Shown here: positions 39,854 through 52,677 of the stretch, piece after piece | How the letters are laid out: each line of letters opens with the position of its first letter | Position numbering within the stretch: position 1 is the stretch's first letter | DNA from: Octopus sinensis | Lineage: Eukaryota | Assembly (NCBI RefSeq): GCF_006345805.1 | Contig: NC_042998.1 | Location: forward strand, 69,192,001 to 69,256,000 | Direction of reading: 5' to 3' | DNA: 64,000 nt | Program-made: the position numbers and the translations under genes | Notes under the pieces: generated by a model | What the model saw: only the letters and a program-made list of their open reading frames with translations | Told to the model about the DNA's origin: nothing | The model's database searches: none

Positions 39854-39985
39854 CATGTGGTTGGTAAGCAAGCTACTTACCACACAGCCACTAGCGGTGC
39901 TGGTCACTCATTTGTATTGTTCGATACTAGTGTGTGTGTTTGCGCGCGCACAGACACATATAAATGTATGTATGTATATATATAA

Positions 39986-40061
<76 letters not shown>

Positions 40062-40067
40062 CAGAGT

Positions 40068-40148
<81 letters not shown>

Positions 40149-40260
40149 AAAATCCAAGCTGTTCTCCAGTATAGCAAATCCGTATGTAGATTTTATATTT
40201 GTATGAGATACGCATGAGTTGAAAATTCTGAAAAGTATTTTTTGCAGCGTATTATATATA

Positions 40261-41250
40261 TTTTTCAGATACTCTATCTTCTAATTAGCCTTAAGATTAA
40301 ATTAAATAACGTTTAATATTAATAACGTCTAATTAGCCTTAGGATTAAATTAAATAACGTTTAATATTGTTAATAATTATTGTTAATTAGCCTTAGGATT
40401 AAATTAAATAACGTTTAATATTGTTTAATATTGTTAATAATTACTGTTAATTAGCCTTAAGATTAAATTAAATAACGTTTAATATTGTTTAATATTGTTA
40501 ATAACTATTGTTAATTAGCCTTAGGATTAAATTAAATAACGTTTAATATTGTTTAATATTGTTAATTAGCCTTAAGATTAAATTAAATAACGTTTAATAT
40601 TGTTTTAATATTGTTAATAATTCTTCAGATACTCTATCTTCTAATTAGCCTTAAGATTAAATTAAATAACGTTTAATATTACCCACACTCTAATATAATA
40701 TTAACATTGCTAATATATTTTCAGATACTCTATCTCCTGATTAGCCTTAAGATTAAATAACGTTTTTATCCACACTCTAATATAATATTAATATTGCTAA
40801 TATATTTTCAGATACTCTATCTTCTAATTAGCCTTAAGATTAAATTAAATAACGTTTAATATTAATAACGTCTAATTAGCCTTAAGATTAAATTAAATAA
40901 CGGTTAATATTGCTTAATATTGTATATATAATTTTTCAGATACTCTGTCTTCTAATTAGCCTAAGATTAAATTAAATAACGTTTAATATTACCCACACTC
41001 TAATATAATATTAATATTGCTAATATATTTTCAGATACTCTATCTCCAAATTAGCCTTAAGATTAAATAACGTTTTTTTTTTACCCACACTCTAATATAA
41101 ATTAATATTGCTAATATATTTTCAGATACTCTATCTCCTAATTAGCCTTAAGATTAAAAACGTTTTTACCCAAATAACGTTTTTACACAAACTTTAATAT
41201 TGTTAATATTTCTTTTTCAAGTACTCTATCTTCTAATTAGCCTTAATATC
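40261..41250 (+). repeat. AT-rich tandem array directly upstream of the CR1 element
   Basis: About 14 copies of (T)AATTAGCC(T)TA(A/G)GATTAAA..AACGTT, with a ~90-130-bp higher-order unit starting TTCAGATACTCT. Confidence 0.95.
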
Positions 41251-41307
41251 TTCCTGTCTTCTCTCGAACATAATTAGATAGATAAACGGATAGACGGATT
41301 ATCCAGC

Positions 41308-42206
41308 ATGTCCAGAGCATGGAGATGTGACGAGCTGGATTTATTCGTACGAGCATAGGAGTGCGCCGGCGGAGATAGCCCTAGCGAGGTGATTGCGGCT
41401 GCGCTGAAGAGCAGAGGCTACAAGAGGACAGCGGCTCAGATGGAGCGAAAGAGACAGGAATTCGTGCGCTCATATGCGCTTATACGGTCGCACATTGGCG
41501 CACTTGATGCCATCTTTGAGAACGAGCGGGGCAAAGATGGCAAGAATGGAGACGATGAAAGAAGTTCACCCCCACCTGGTGGACGCCCGGAGGAGGTTTT
41601 GAATGAGAAACCTGCCCGGGAAGTGAACCCAGGTGCAAGTTCTCCAACCGGCAGCAAGAGCCATGGAGACGGAGAACCCGGTGAAGAGGTAGAGGAGGAA
41701 GAAGAACTAAAAGAAGGACTGGAAGAGCTAAAGGAAAAGAAAAAGCTCAAGCAGGACCAAAGAGTGAAACAACCAGGAATAGAAGTGGAACCGCAAAGGA
41801 TGGAACCAAACAGCGCACACGGGTGTGTATGTTCTACCTGAGAGGTTCCTGCTGGCACGGAAAGGAAGGTGCAGGCTGCTGCTTTGCACATCGGGGACCC
41901 TGCCACAGAGACACGAGGCAGATGGACAAACCATCAACACAAAGAAAAGGGATGGACTACGCACCACCTGCCCCAAAGCGGAGGTACGCAGATGTTGTGC
42001 GCGCCACAAACAGCCAACATGATGTTGTCGAAAGAGCAGCTGCTGAGCAACAATCTTTTTTGTGCATGGCACAAAAGATTGTACAGCAGCTGACCTGGCT
42101 TCATCAAACCCAAGCCCGCAGGTGGGACTACCCACTATATACCAGACCACCACAGCAAACAGACACAGGATGGACACCGCCGGCAACAACGTACACCTCA
42201 CCTTGA
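41308..42206 (+). pseudogene. CR1 ORF1: Myb/SANT-like (trihelix) N-terminus plus CCCH zinc finger, disrupted
   Basis: From ATG 41308: MSRAWRCDELDLFVRA*..IAAALKSRGYKRTAAQMERKRQEFVRSY; after a frameshift, CMFYLRGSCWHGKEGAGCCFAH. Confidence 0.7.
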
Positions 42207-45155
42207 TACTCCTACTGAACATCAGAGGACTGCAAACACTCAGTAACAGGACGAAGATCCCGTTCCTGAGAGACTTTGTTGCATGCAATCAAGCCTTATG
42301 CATAGCACTTACAGAAACGCACCTGAAACCGGACATAGCAGATGCGGAGTTACACATACCACAGTATGCTGTACTACGGACCGACAGGAAAGAAAGGAGT
42401 CATGGAGGGTGTTGCTATGTACATCGTGAGGACCCAACACCCCAGGTCCTCTTGTCATACTCAAATCGGTGTGTGTGACACACTAATTGTACATATTAGG
42501 CAACTTGATGTAGTTGTGTGTGCTACATATCGCCCTCCAGATGCCCCAAGCCATGTGGGCAAGTTTGAAGACTGCCTTATAAAAATAGAAGAAGAAATTC
42601 TAACCACATTAGAACAACACATAGGTGTGCTTCTTATGGGAGACTTCAATCTGCCCAATGTCAGATGGCCCGAGGGCCTTTCTCTCCCAGGAATGACAAG
42701 ATGTGAACGAGGACAGGCGAGGTCCCTCCTGAACCTCATCAACACCCTGTACATGGAGCAGGTAATACTCCAACCAACCAGGGCAGGTAACACACTGGAT
42801 CTCTGCTTCACAAATGACATGGATCTCATCCATAATGTGAAAGTGACACCGACACTACTCTCGGATCACAACATGATAGAGCTGACCATGTACGGGCCAA
42901 AGAGAGCACGGACATGCAGCCTACAAGAAACCCTCAAAATCTTTCCAGCTTGAACTACCATAAGGCAAACTGGAAACAAATTGAGAAAGAGATCCTCAAA
43001 CAAAACTGGCCTAAATGTCTCTCCTCGCCAGACATCGACGTGAAACTTCAACAATTCATGTCTGTAATGCAAGCCATATGCTACAAATGTGTCCCAGAGA
43101 GAAAGGCCACTGTACACAAGAACAAAATCCCCAGAGAGAGGAAAATTTTAATGAGACGGCGTACGAAATTTTCAAATCGCCTAAACAAACAGATTGAAAG
43201 CAGTGAAAAGTCCCGCCTAAAAATAAAACTGTTGGAAATCGAAAATGTCTGCAACTCTCCCATGAAAAAGAAAGAGCAGACAAAGAAGCCTGGGCTATAG
43301 AAAACATAAAATCTAACCCCAGAGCTTTCTACAGGTATGCCAAGAAACAGCTACAGTGCACTGTAGAATAGGGCCACTCCTCGAAAAGGATGGCACACTT
43401 ACAGGAAAACCAATGAGGGTAAGTGAAATACTGAATGAGCAATTCAAGAGTGTTTTCACTCCACCCTTGGGCATCTCCAAATCACCAATCCAACTGACTT
43501 TTTTACCACTGCAGATATAAAATCAGAGGCGGCGACGATAGATTACATCGATATAAAGGAAGACGATGTAACCAAGGCTATAGATGAAATGAAAACAGAC
43601 TCAGCTACTGGCCCCGATGGATTCCCGGCAATCCTAAAAGCATGTAAGAGAGTCCTAGCAAGACCACTGCAGTTCCTCTTTCAGAGCTTCCTTGCAGCTG
43701 GCAAACTTCCAGGAAAACTGAAGGAAGGTAAAATATGCCCCATTCATAAAGGAGGTAGCAGAGCGGAAGCCAAGAACTATAGACCTATCTCTCTGACCTC
43801 ACACATCAGCAAGGTCATGGAACGAATAGTCAGAAGGAAGCTGATCACCTTCCTTGAAGAGAATGACTTGCTGCCCGACACCCAACATGGTTTCCGACCA
43901 GGGAGAAGCTGTTTAACTCAGCTCCTACAACACTATGACTGGGTGCTGAAACGGCTGCTCAACCACTCAAATGTGGAAGTGATATATCTCGACTTTGCAA
44001 AGGCCTTTGATAAAGTCGATCATGGAATGATATGTCACAAACTGCGTGATCTCAACATAGTTGGAAAACTGGGAGAATGGCTTCATGACTTTCTGAAGGA
44101 TAGAAGTCAGGTGGTAGTAGCCAATGGGGCCACCTCCATTAACACACAATGGTGTTCCGCAGGGCACTGTTCTGGGACCACTACTGTTCATAATGGCCCT
44201 CTCAGACATGCCCTCAGCCACGCAGAGAGCCACGATCACAAGTTATGCAGATGATACAAAAGTTTCACAGGCAATACAGAACCCTGAGGACACTAAACAC
44301 CTGCAATGTGAGCTGGACGAAATATACAAGTGGGCTGAAAAGAATAGCATGCAGTTCAATGCTGGAAAGTTTCAAGCTTTATACTATCAGCATGCAAAAC
44401 TGAATGCAATACCCAATGAATACACTGGACCCGGAGGGATTGCAATCCCAGAGGCACAATCAGTGCGTGACCTGGGTATTCACATGAGTGATGACGCGAC
44501 CTTTCATGTACATGTTGCTAAACTGACAATGAAATGTAGACGGCTGGCTGGATGGATTCTTAGAACCTTTAGAACAAGAGAACAAGAAACCATGATGGTC
44601 CTCTGGAAGACACTTGTCCTAAGCCACTTTGACTATTGCTCTCAGCTATGGTCACCATCCAGTGTCAAGTTGATCACAGAACTTGAGGCGATCCAACGAA
44701 GCTACACAAAGAAGATAGCCTCTATGCAGAATGTAAGCTACTGGGAAAGACTCAAGAGATTAAAATTATATTCCCTGGAGCGTAGGCGGGAAAGATATGC
44801 CATAATATACATCTGGAAGATCCTGGAGGGAAGTGTCCTGAACTTTGGCATCGAGAGTTACGCAAATGCCAGAACTGGGCGCCACTGCGTGGTGCCTAGG
44901 ACTCCAAACCTGCCATCAAGATGTAGGACAAGATTCTGTGATAGCCTGGGCTTCCGAGGCCCACAGCTCTTCAATATCCTCCCGAAGAACCTGAGAGACC
45001 TGCATGGGGTGGATACAGATGTCTTTAAAATGAAGCTGGATCTCTTCCTGTCAGGTGTCCCAGATGAACCAACTTCACGGCAGGAGGGGCAGATGAGGGC
45101 AGCTGCATCGAACTCTCTCATGCACCAAATAGCAGTTGCTAGAAAGCCTCCATGA
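42190..45155 (+). pseudogene. CR1 ORF2 (APE + RT), frameshifted
   Basis: LLNIRGL, TETHL, MGDFNLP, LDLCF and SDH; NYRPISLTS, QHGFR, YLDFAKAFDKV, GVPQGTVLGP and YADD (44244). Confidence 0.95.
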
Positions 45156-45611
45156 AGTGAAACCAAGTAGCAACACCAAATGGCGGTGCCCCAGCATGGC
45201 CACAGCTCATAAGCTGAAACTAGAATCAATCAATCAATCAATATATATATATATATATATATGAAAAGAAGAGATTGGAAAAATTTTTGGTATTATTTAT
45301 TCATCATTATACGTGTTCCATTTGCTAATAGCAGTAAGAAAATTGTACATGTAGGAAGAACATGTATAATTTGATTCTCTAAATAATTTCTAATAGGAGA
45401 TATCTCACATGTTTCTCGTACATGTACAATTTCGTAACACCTTTCAGCAAATGAAATATGAGTAATGGTGATTAAATAATACCAAAGATTTTCAATCCTC
45501 TGTATGATATATATATATATATACTTTTTCTATTCCTGAGCGTTATACTAATACATCTGTTTATTTTGTACACCACCTGTCTTCGTCTTTTGTTTTTTCG
45601 TAAACTCTCCC

Positions 45612-45646
<35 letters not shown>

Positions 45647-45712
45647 CTATAGATATATATATATATATATATTATATATATTATATATATATATATATAT
45701 ATGTAGTTGTGC

Positions 45713-45787
45713 GCGGCTGAAGAAGGCCACAGACATACATTATGCATTGTTATAATTCGTCTATAAAGGCCCGAAACATACGACCGC
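45713..45787 (+). ncRNA. Possible hammerhead with extended helix II
   Basis: GCGG-CTGAAGA-A-GGCC..AGAC...GTCT..GGCC-C-GAAAC-ATACGA-CCGC; helix I is GCGG/CCGC but the cleavage triplet is damaged. Confidence 0.4.
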
Positions 45788-45965
45788 TGAATCCTTGGCG
45801 TCATGTTTTTATTTTGATTAATTATATATTATATATATATATATATAATATAATGTATATATATATGTATATATATATATATATATTTGAAAAAACATTG
45901 TAAATTTATATATATATATAGCAATAATAAATCTCTGAACGAGATGTAAACAGTAACTGCTCGAC

Positions 45966-46106
45966 AACGTAAAGTATACTAGCCATCTCAATATGGCTAA
46001 CCACTAAGGTGGGTGTTACTGTAGCTTTTAGCCCTGGGGCTAAAAACTACAGTAACACCCACCCTTAGTGGTTAGCCATATTGAGACGGCTAGTATACTT
46101 TACGTT
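45966..46106. repeat. Near-perfect 141-bp palindrome
   Basis: ~69-bp arms with few mismatches, centre GCCCTGGGGC. Confidence 0.9.
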
Positions 46107-46116
46107 ATATATATAT

Positions 46117-46189
<73 letters not shown>

Positions 46190-46195
<6 letters not shown>

Positions 46196-46400
46196 ATTCA
46201 AACATGAACAAAGAGAAAACACAACAACGCGTGGACGTGGAACTGTATAGTGTTATTGGACGCTCAGGAAAGGAAAGAAAAGAAGGACGATTAACGTTTC
46301 GAGCGGAGCTCTTCGTCAGAAACATAGAAAAAGGAAGGTCCAAGGAAGGGAAGACGGAGAAAAAAAATCGCCAACGATACACCCGCGGTCACATATGAAA
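46190..46400 (-). mobile_element. Hammerhead-bearing (Penelope pseudo-LTR-like) repeat in (TA)n
   Basis: Same family as ~20336-20530 and ~16440-16600; the 3' tail ends at (TA)n. Confidence 0.7.
46289..46323 (-). ncRNA. Minimal hammerhead with canonical core
   Basis: Reverse complement GTTT-CTGACGA-A-GAGCtccGCTC-GAAACGTT-AATC. Confidence 0.8.
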
Positions 46401-46425
46401 TATATATAATTATTGAATATATCTC

Positions 46426-46478
<53 letters not shown>

Positions 46479-46489
46479 ACCATATATTG

Positions 46490-47000
46490 TAAGGACTGAA
46501 CACGAAAAGTGGACAGTCAACATGCTAGATTAGACGTCAAATCGCTATTCTCCACAAAAGATTATGTTCTCAATCAAACTCAGCAAAAACAACCAAAGCA
46601 ATAAACAAGTGAAAATATACGAAATAAATATTACCCATGTACTGATCAGTTTCGGCTATTATTACCCGCAAGGATAACTGTAGCATTCATCATTCACATG
46701 GCCCGTTATAATGCAATTTGCTGGACTAGATGCAAAAACGATACCGGAGTACGCATGCATGGAGTTCAACCTATTACATTCGAATATATCTTTCAAATGC
46801 CTTTACTTTGGCGCGTTGAGACCCGAAAAAACCAGCCTGCAGCTAATAATTAGCAGCAGTCAATTTATCGGTTAGAGAACATATTTATTTATATAAAATT
46901 AATTAAGGGTAGAAATTGAGAACATAATCTTTTGTGGAGAATGGCGATTTTACGTCTATATCTAGCATGTTGACTGTCCACTTTTCGTGTTCAGTCCTTA
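46490..47000. mobile_element. MITE-like element with ~85-bp inverted termini
   Basis: 46490-46574 matches the reverse complement of 46915-47000. Confidence 0.7.
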
Positions 47001-47131
47001 ATTGGTATATATAAATATTTTAATCTTCGGATTCTTTTTTAATATGCTAGACCACTGGTTTTAATTGATAAATATCAATTTCTTCCTACCCTTAATTAAT
47101 ATATATAATATATATATATATATATTATATA

Positions 47132-47202
<71 letters not shown>

Positions 47203-47302
47203 TGTATATATATCTGCAATACAAAATATATTCATAATGGTGAAGGGATTTAGTCCCGGTTGTGTTAAACTGGTTGTTTTTCTTCTTGTTACAGTCTTAT
47301 AG

Positions 47303-47662
47303 TTACCTCCGCCTTAGCGAAGGTGGAGGTATTATTTTCTGTCGTGTAAATTTGTCCGTGGACAAGATATCTCAAGAACCGCTGGATGGATTCGGATGAA
47401 ACTTTCAGGGATGTTTGGCCTCGTGACTGGCACGAACTGATTAGATTTTGGGATCAATCCGGTACCGGACAAGAGTTCTGGATTATTTTTCTTGTTTCTT
47501 TACCTTATTGTTGAGAGCAGTTGGGTTTATTTTTAGTATTCTCATTTGTGAGAGCAGACGAGTTTATTTCAGACAGTCTCATTTTAAAAATCATCTCCGG
47601 CTAATCGTCGAGAGGACGTTGGTGTTGTCTAGGCGGTTTGCGCTCTCTGAGTGCACTTGTTT
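47303..47662 (+). mobile_element. Helentron/HINE-like non-autonomous element
   Basis: Starts TTACCTCCGCC..GGAGG and ends GGCGGTTTGCGCTCTCTGAGTGC..TT; subterminal CCGCC/GGCGG repeats. Confidence 0.5.
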
Positions 47663-47702
47663 CTAATTGGTTCTTATTTGTCTGTTTATTTGTGTGTCTG
47701 TC

Positions 47703-47734
<32 letters not shown>

Positions 47735-48620
47735 TGAGAGTGTGTGTGTGCGTGTGCACGCGCGCTTCACTATGATTATACGAGTCCTTAAGGTCATTTA
47801 TGCTCCTAGGTGGAATTAGTTATTGGTTACATATAATTTTATTCACACTGTTTGTAGATAATTATAGTTTAGCATGGTCCAATTGTGCTTATAATTGGAA
47901 TATGAAGCGCGCGCACGCACATATACACACACACACACGCACATATATGTACGTTTGTGTGTGTATGTGTGTGTGTTGCATCTTTTTCGCAAATACTTTG
48001 ACTTGAAACTGTACGTTTGGAGGGTCATTCTGCTAACAAGAACACACGCACTGACTGATTTATTAATGACTTTCTTTAAATCTTTGTAATGTTTTCAATG
48101 TGTGCCGTCTAACAGATTTATTCTCAGAGTGTCTGATGCTTATTTATTGGCAGCAGCGGTGGAGGCGGTGGTGTGTGGTGGTGGTTGTGGTGGTGGTTGT
48201 GGTGATTGTGGTGGTGGTGGTTGTGGTGATTGTGGTGGTGGTGGTGGTGGTGGTGATTGTGGTGGTGGCGGTGGGTGTGGTGGTGGTGACTGTGGTGCTA
48301 GGTAAACCATATGTGCAAGGAAGCGTGTGTATATGTGTGTGTGTATGTATGTGTATGTGCATTATGCTCTTGTGAAGGTGTGTGGGTGTGCATGCGTGTT
48401 CGTGTGCGCATGTGCGTGAAAGCGTGTAATTGTTATAACGATGGCGCCGGTGAACATCTGTGTGTGTATGTATGTGCGTGTGTTTTATTTTTGGGATAAT
48501 GTATATACATGCAAGCATATGTGTGTGTGCGTATATTTGTGTATGTGGAATACACGTATGTGTATATATAGGTATATATGAATATATATATAATATATAA
48601 TATATATATATATATATATA

Positions 48621-48703
<83 letters not shown>

Positions 48704-48729
48704 TATATATATATAATCTGTCACACCTA

Positions 48730-49956
48730 CATGACAGAAGTAAATAGACACCCTTATAATCATTAAAATTTATTTAAATCTGAAATATATTCAAATTATC
48801 TATTCATTGTTATAATGTGATTATTTAATATTTAGTAGACATACCCTTCACATTTTTCAATGCAAGAACCCTATTAGGGATGTTACTGATGAGATGACGA
48901 ATATTCTCTTGCGGAATTTCTTGTCAAGTTTCATGCAGTAATCTCAAAAGATCTGGCTTTGAAGATGCTTTCTTGTTCTTTTTTATGAAGTGTCCTATCC
49001 TTTATGTCTCAGAGGTGTTCAATAGGGTCCATATCTGATGAGTGGCTTGGCCATGGAAGGTTTTTAATGCCATTCTCATATAAAAAAATCTTGGGTAATT
49101 TTAGCCGTGTGACAAGGCGCACCATCTATAAATAGTCATCTGTAATTATTTCCCACTGGAGAAGATTGGAAGGAGTCCTTTCTGCAATATGGATACATTT
49201 ATCTGAGTTTATGTTTCTTCACACTCCACTAGCTCTGATCAACCATTGCTCCAAATTGCTCCCCAGACCATCACAAGAATAGTTATCGTGTGTCATTAGC
49301 GGCTGCAATATTTTCACATCAAATTCTTGATTACAGAGTCTCCAGACCCACACTCGACCACTGTCAGGAAATGCAACAGCAAATCTGGACTCATCAGAGA
49401 ATATGACAGTGTCCCAAAACGCTAGTGACCTCTCCACCATCTCACTGGCCCAATCTTTTCTCCACTTGATGTTGGCTGGTCGAAGAAGTGCTTTCTTCTT
49501 GCTGCTCTGCCATAGAAACCAAGTTTGTGAAGATACCTGACAGCTGTTTTGGGACTGGCTTCAACTTGTTCTGCTATGTCAGAGGCCTTGCAATGAGGAC
49601 TATCCTCCACATCTCTCTTAGCAAAGAGAAGGGTCCTGTCAGAGGGCCCGGTTGTTCTGGGCGAGGTGATGTGGACTCCTTCCTCTCTCTGGTAAACTGC
49701 AGAATCACTCTATTAATTGTAGAAAGCGGGATCCAAAGGTTTTCTGCGATTTTACGCTGTCCACTTCAGAATAACCCACAATACGACCGCTTTGCAACTC
49801 AGACGGGTCCAAGGCTTCTTTTGTACATGGCATAATTAAACAGTCACATATAGAACCTGAAACATAAAAATGTCAATTAACAAGAGATATAAGCCTTCAC
49901 AAGTTAAAATAAACATGAAACGATGTTTTATGGGGTGTTTATTTACTTCTGTCATG
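48730..49956 (-). mobile_element. Tc1-family DNA transposon, decayed
   Basis: TIR CATGACAGAAGTAAATA(G/A)ACACCC at both ends; TA before the left TIR. Confidence 0.88.
48790..49833 (-). pseudogene. Tc1 transposase pseudogene
   Basis: GRIVG at the N-terminus, YLHKLGFYGRAARRK and WDTVIFSDESRF..RVWVWR; the lower boundary is approximate. Confidence 0.85.
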
Positions 49957-50294
49957 TGTGTGTGTGTGTGCGTGTGTATATATATATATGTGTGTGTGTC
50001 TGCATATACATACATACATACAATACATACATACATACATACATACATATACATACATATACATATATACATATATACGTGCACATATGCATACATGTAT
50101 ACATACATAATCACATATATAAATCCCTACATACATGCATACACGTATATATATACATATATACACACGGACACATACACACACATACTCACCCACGTCT
50201 TTATATTTGTGTGTATGTTCTTAACTTTTTATCATCACAAATGGCCGGGAAGCAACAGCAGCCATTAAACACGCGCTCACACACACACACACAC

Positions 50295-50330
<36 letters not shown>

Positions 50331-50636
50331 ACACACACTGATACTTACATGCAACCCTACCCTCGTCTCCTTCTCCAGAGGTATATATATATATATATAT
50401 GTTAAAAGTGAGGTCCATGAGTCGATCTAGAAGTGACCTAGAATGTATTAGTGCAAAAGGAATTTTCAGCTTGTTTTCTTACGCGATAAGATCATGTACA
50501 AATGTATAAGTGAACAAATCCTTTATTTATTAAAGTCTTACTGTTCTTTAAGGTCACACTTCAGATGCTGGGTAGGACGGAAAACCACGATAACAAATAC
50601 TACAATATTCACACACGGAACGTGTAGCAGCCTATA

Positions 50637-50703
<67 letters not shown>

Positions 50704-51729
50704 TACAGACACACACACACACACACACAGATACAGACACACACACACACACACACATACACACACACATACACACACACAGTCAGAGATTCACACACGC
50801 TTTTATGACCGTAGTTACGTAGTATTCCCGCAAACCTGCACAGAGGTTGTCATTTAAGATTCTTGTGTATAACAATTACTGGCGACTTAAATCTATATCT
50901 TGTGTTCTTGACACACAAGTATATTGAAACATGCAAGCATATATATATATATATACATATATATACATATATACATACATATTTACATATATAATATATA
51001 TATATATATATATATTAAATATATATATATAATATACATACGTACACCACCACACACACCACACATATTATAATATATATATATAGATACATTACATAAC
51101 ATAATATATATATCTATATATACATACATACATACTACTATATATATATATATATACATACATATATATATATATATATATGTATTTATATGCATATATT
51201 AACAATATATATGTATACACACACATTACACATACATACATACTATATTTAATAAATACACACACATATATATATATACATGCATACATATATGTATATT
51301 TATCTATGTCTATATACAAATATGCATACACACATGAATATGACGTGTGTGTGTTTGTGTGTGTCTGTGTGCGCGCGCGCGCGTGCCTGCGTGCACGTAT
51401 GTGCCAAACGCAACACAATCCAGCTGATTAAATCCGAGACTTAATACCACAAATCGTCGAATAAACATTCAACAATAAGTTAAGATACTTAAAACAACAG
51501 AATATGCCATTGCAAACAAAGATATCTGAACACACCGATTAGGAAATTAAACTCGTCCTGTTTCTGAAAATGGAACTCATGACATGCTTAGACAGCCAAC
51601 TTCGAGATAAGTTAGCTAGTTAGCTCCCTGTGTGCCACGAGGCACATAAAACCGTGACACGATCTCCCTCTGTTTTCTGCCACTGTTCTGGTCTCATTCT
51701 AGCTTTCTTTGCCAACGGTCCTTCGCCAT

Positions 51730-52000
51730 GCTGTTTCTGGAATCTAACAAAGGTATGGAGAAACAGAAGTATAGGCCACAAAACGAAGCTGAAGCTGTTC
51801 AAGACGTTGGTCCGATCAACATTACTCCACGGATGTGAAAACTGGAAAGGGACAAAACAATGACGAAAAAACAATGGACATCAAGAGGCTACAAAGAGTC
51901 CGAAATGACATAACTGCAACACCAACGGACATCGACAGGATCAGTGACGAAATAAGACGCAAACGTTGCAAACTGGATCGAACATGTCTTCAGAAAAGAC
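51730..52000 (+). mobile_element. RTE-clade LINE fragment
   Basis: KVWRNRSIGHKTKLKLFKTLVRSTLLHGCENW matches the RTE post-RT motif (TK.RLY...V.S.LLYG.E.W). Confidence 0.65.
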
Positions 52001-52360
52001 TGAGAAAGCGATTCGAGAAAAGAGACATTAGTAATTCCTCAGCAGAACATAAATTTTCATAGACAATAGTTCGAACAAAGAGATATCTTAAATCTCATAT
52101 TTTCTTATTGTTTCAGTTAATGGACTTGCGGCCAAGCTGGAGCACAGCATTGAAGGGTTAGTCGAACAAATCGATCAGAATACTTTTTGTCTTTCAAGTT
52201 TAGTACTTATTCCATCGATACTTTTGCTGAACCGCTCAGTTACGAGGCACAAACCAACACCGGTTGTCAAGCAGTAGAAGTGGATAAACCAAACACAGGT
52301 ACGCACACATACATATATGCATATACACATGCATATATTATATACACACACACATATATA

Positions 52361-52677
52361 TATATATGAAAGAAGGTTTGAAAATGCAATTTTAAAGATG
52401 TTTATTCACTTGACCGGTTTCACTGTTTTAGAAAAAGATTGTCAAAAGTAAAATGTAAAGCTTTGTATAAGCTTTGTTGTGTTAAGTACTGGTTGTCACA
52501 AAAATATCAAAAAATATATATACATATATACTTTTGTGACAACCAGTACTTAACACATCAAAGCTTATACAAAGCTTTTTATATTTTACTTTTGACAATC
52601 TTTTTCTAAAAAAGTGAAACGAGTCAAGTGAATAAACATCTTTTAAAATTGCATTTTCAAACCTTCTTTCATATATA
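52361..52677. repeat. Foldback with ~145-bp arms in (TA)n
   Basis: 52361-52505 matches the reverse complement of 52532-52677; each arm carries a GTGAAAC(C/G)(G/A)GTCAAG motif. Confidence 0.88.

Larger units (their letters stand above)
41251..45241 (+). mobile_element. Near full-length CR1-group LINE
   Basis: ORF1, APE-RT ORF2, short 3' UTR and a (CAAT)n tail at ~45227-45241. Confidence 0.92.

Noticed and set aside
40261-41250. Regularly spaced repeats as a CRISPR array
   Set aside because: Linkers are variants of each other rather than unique spacers; eukaryotic context with no cas genes.
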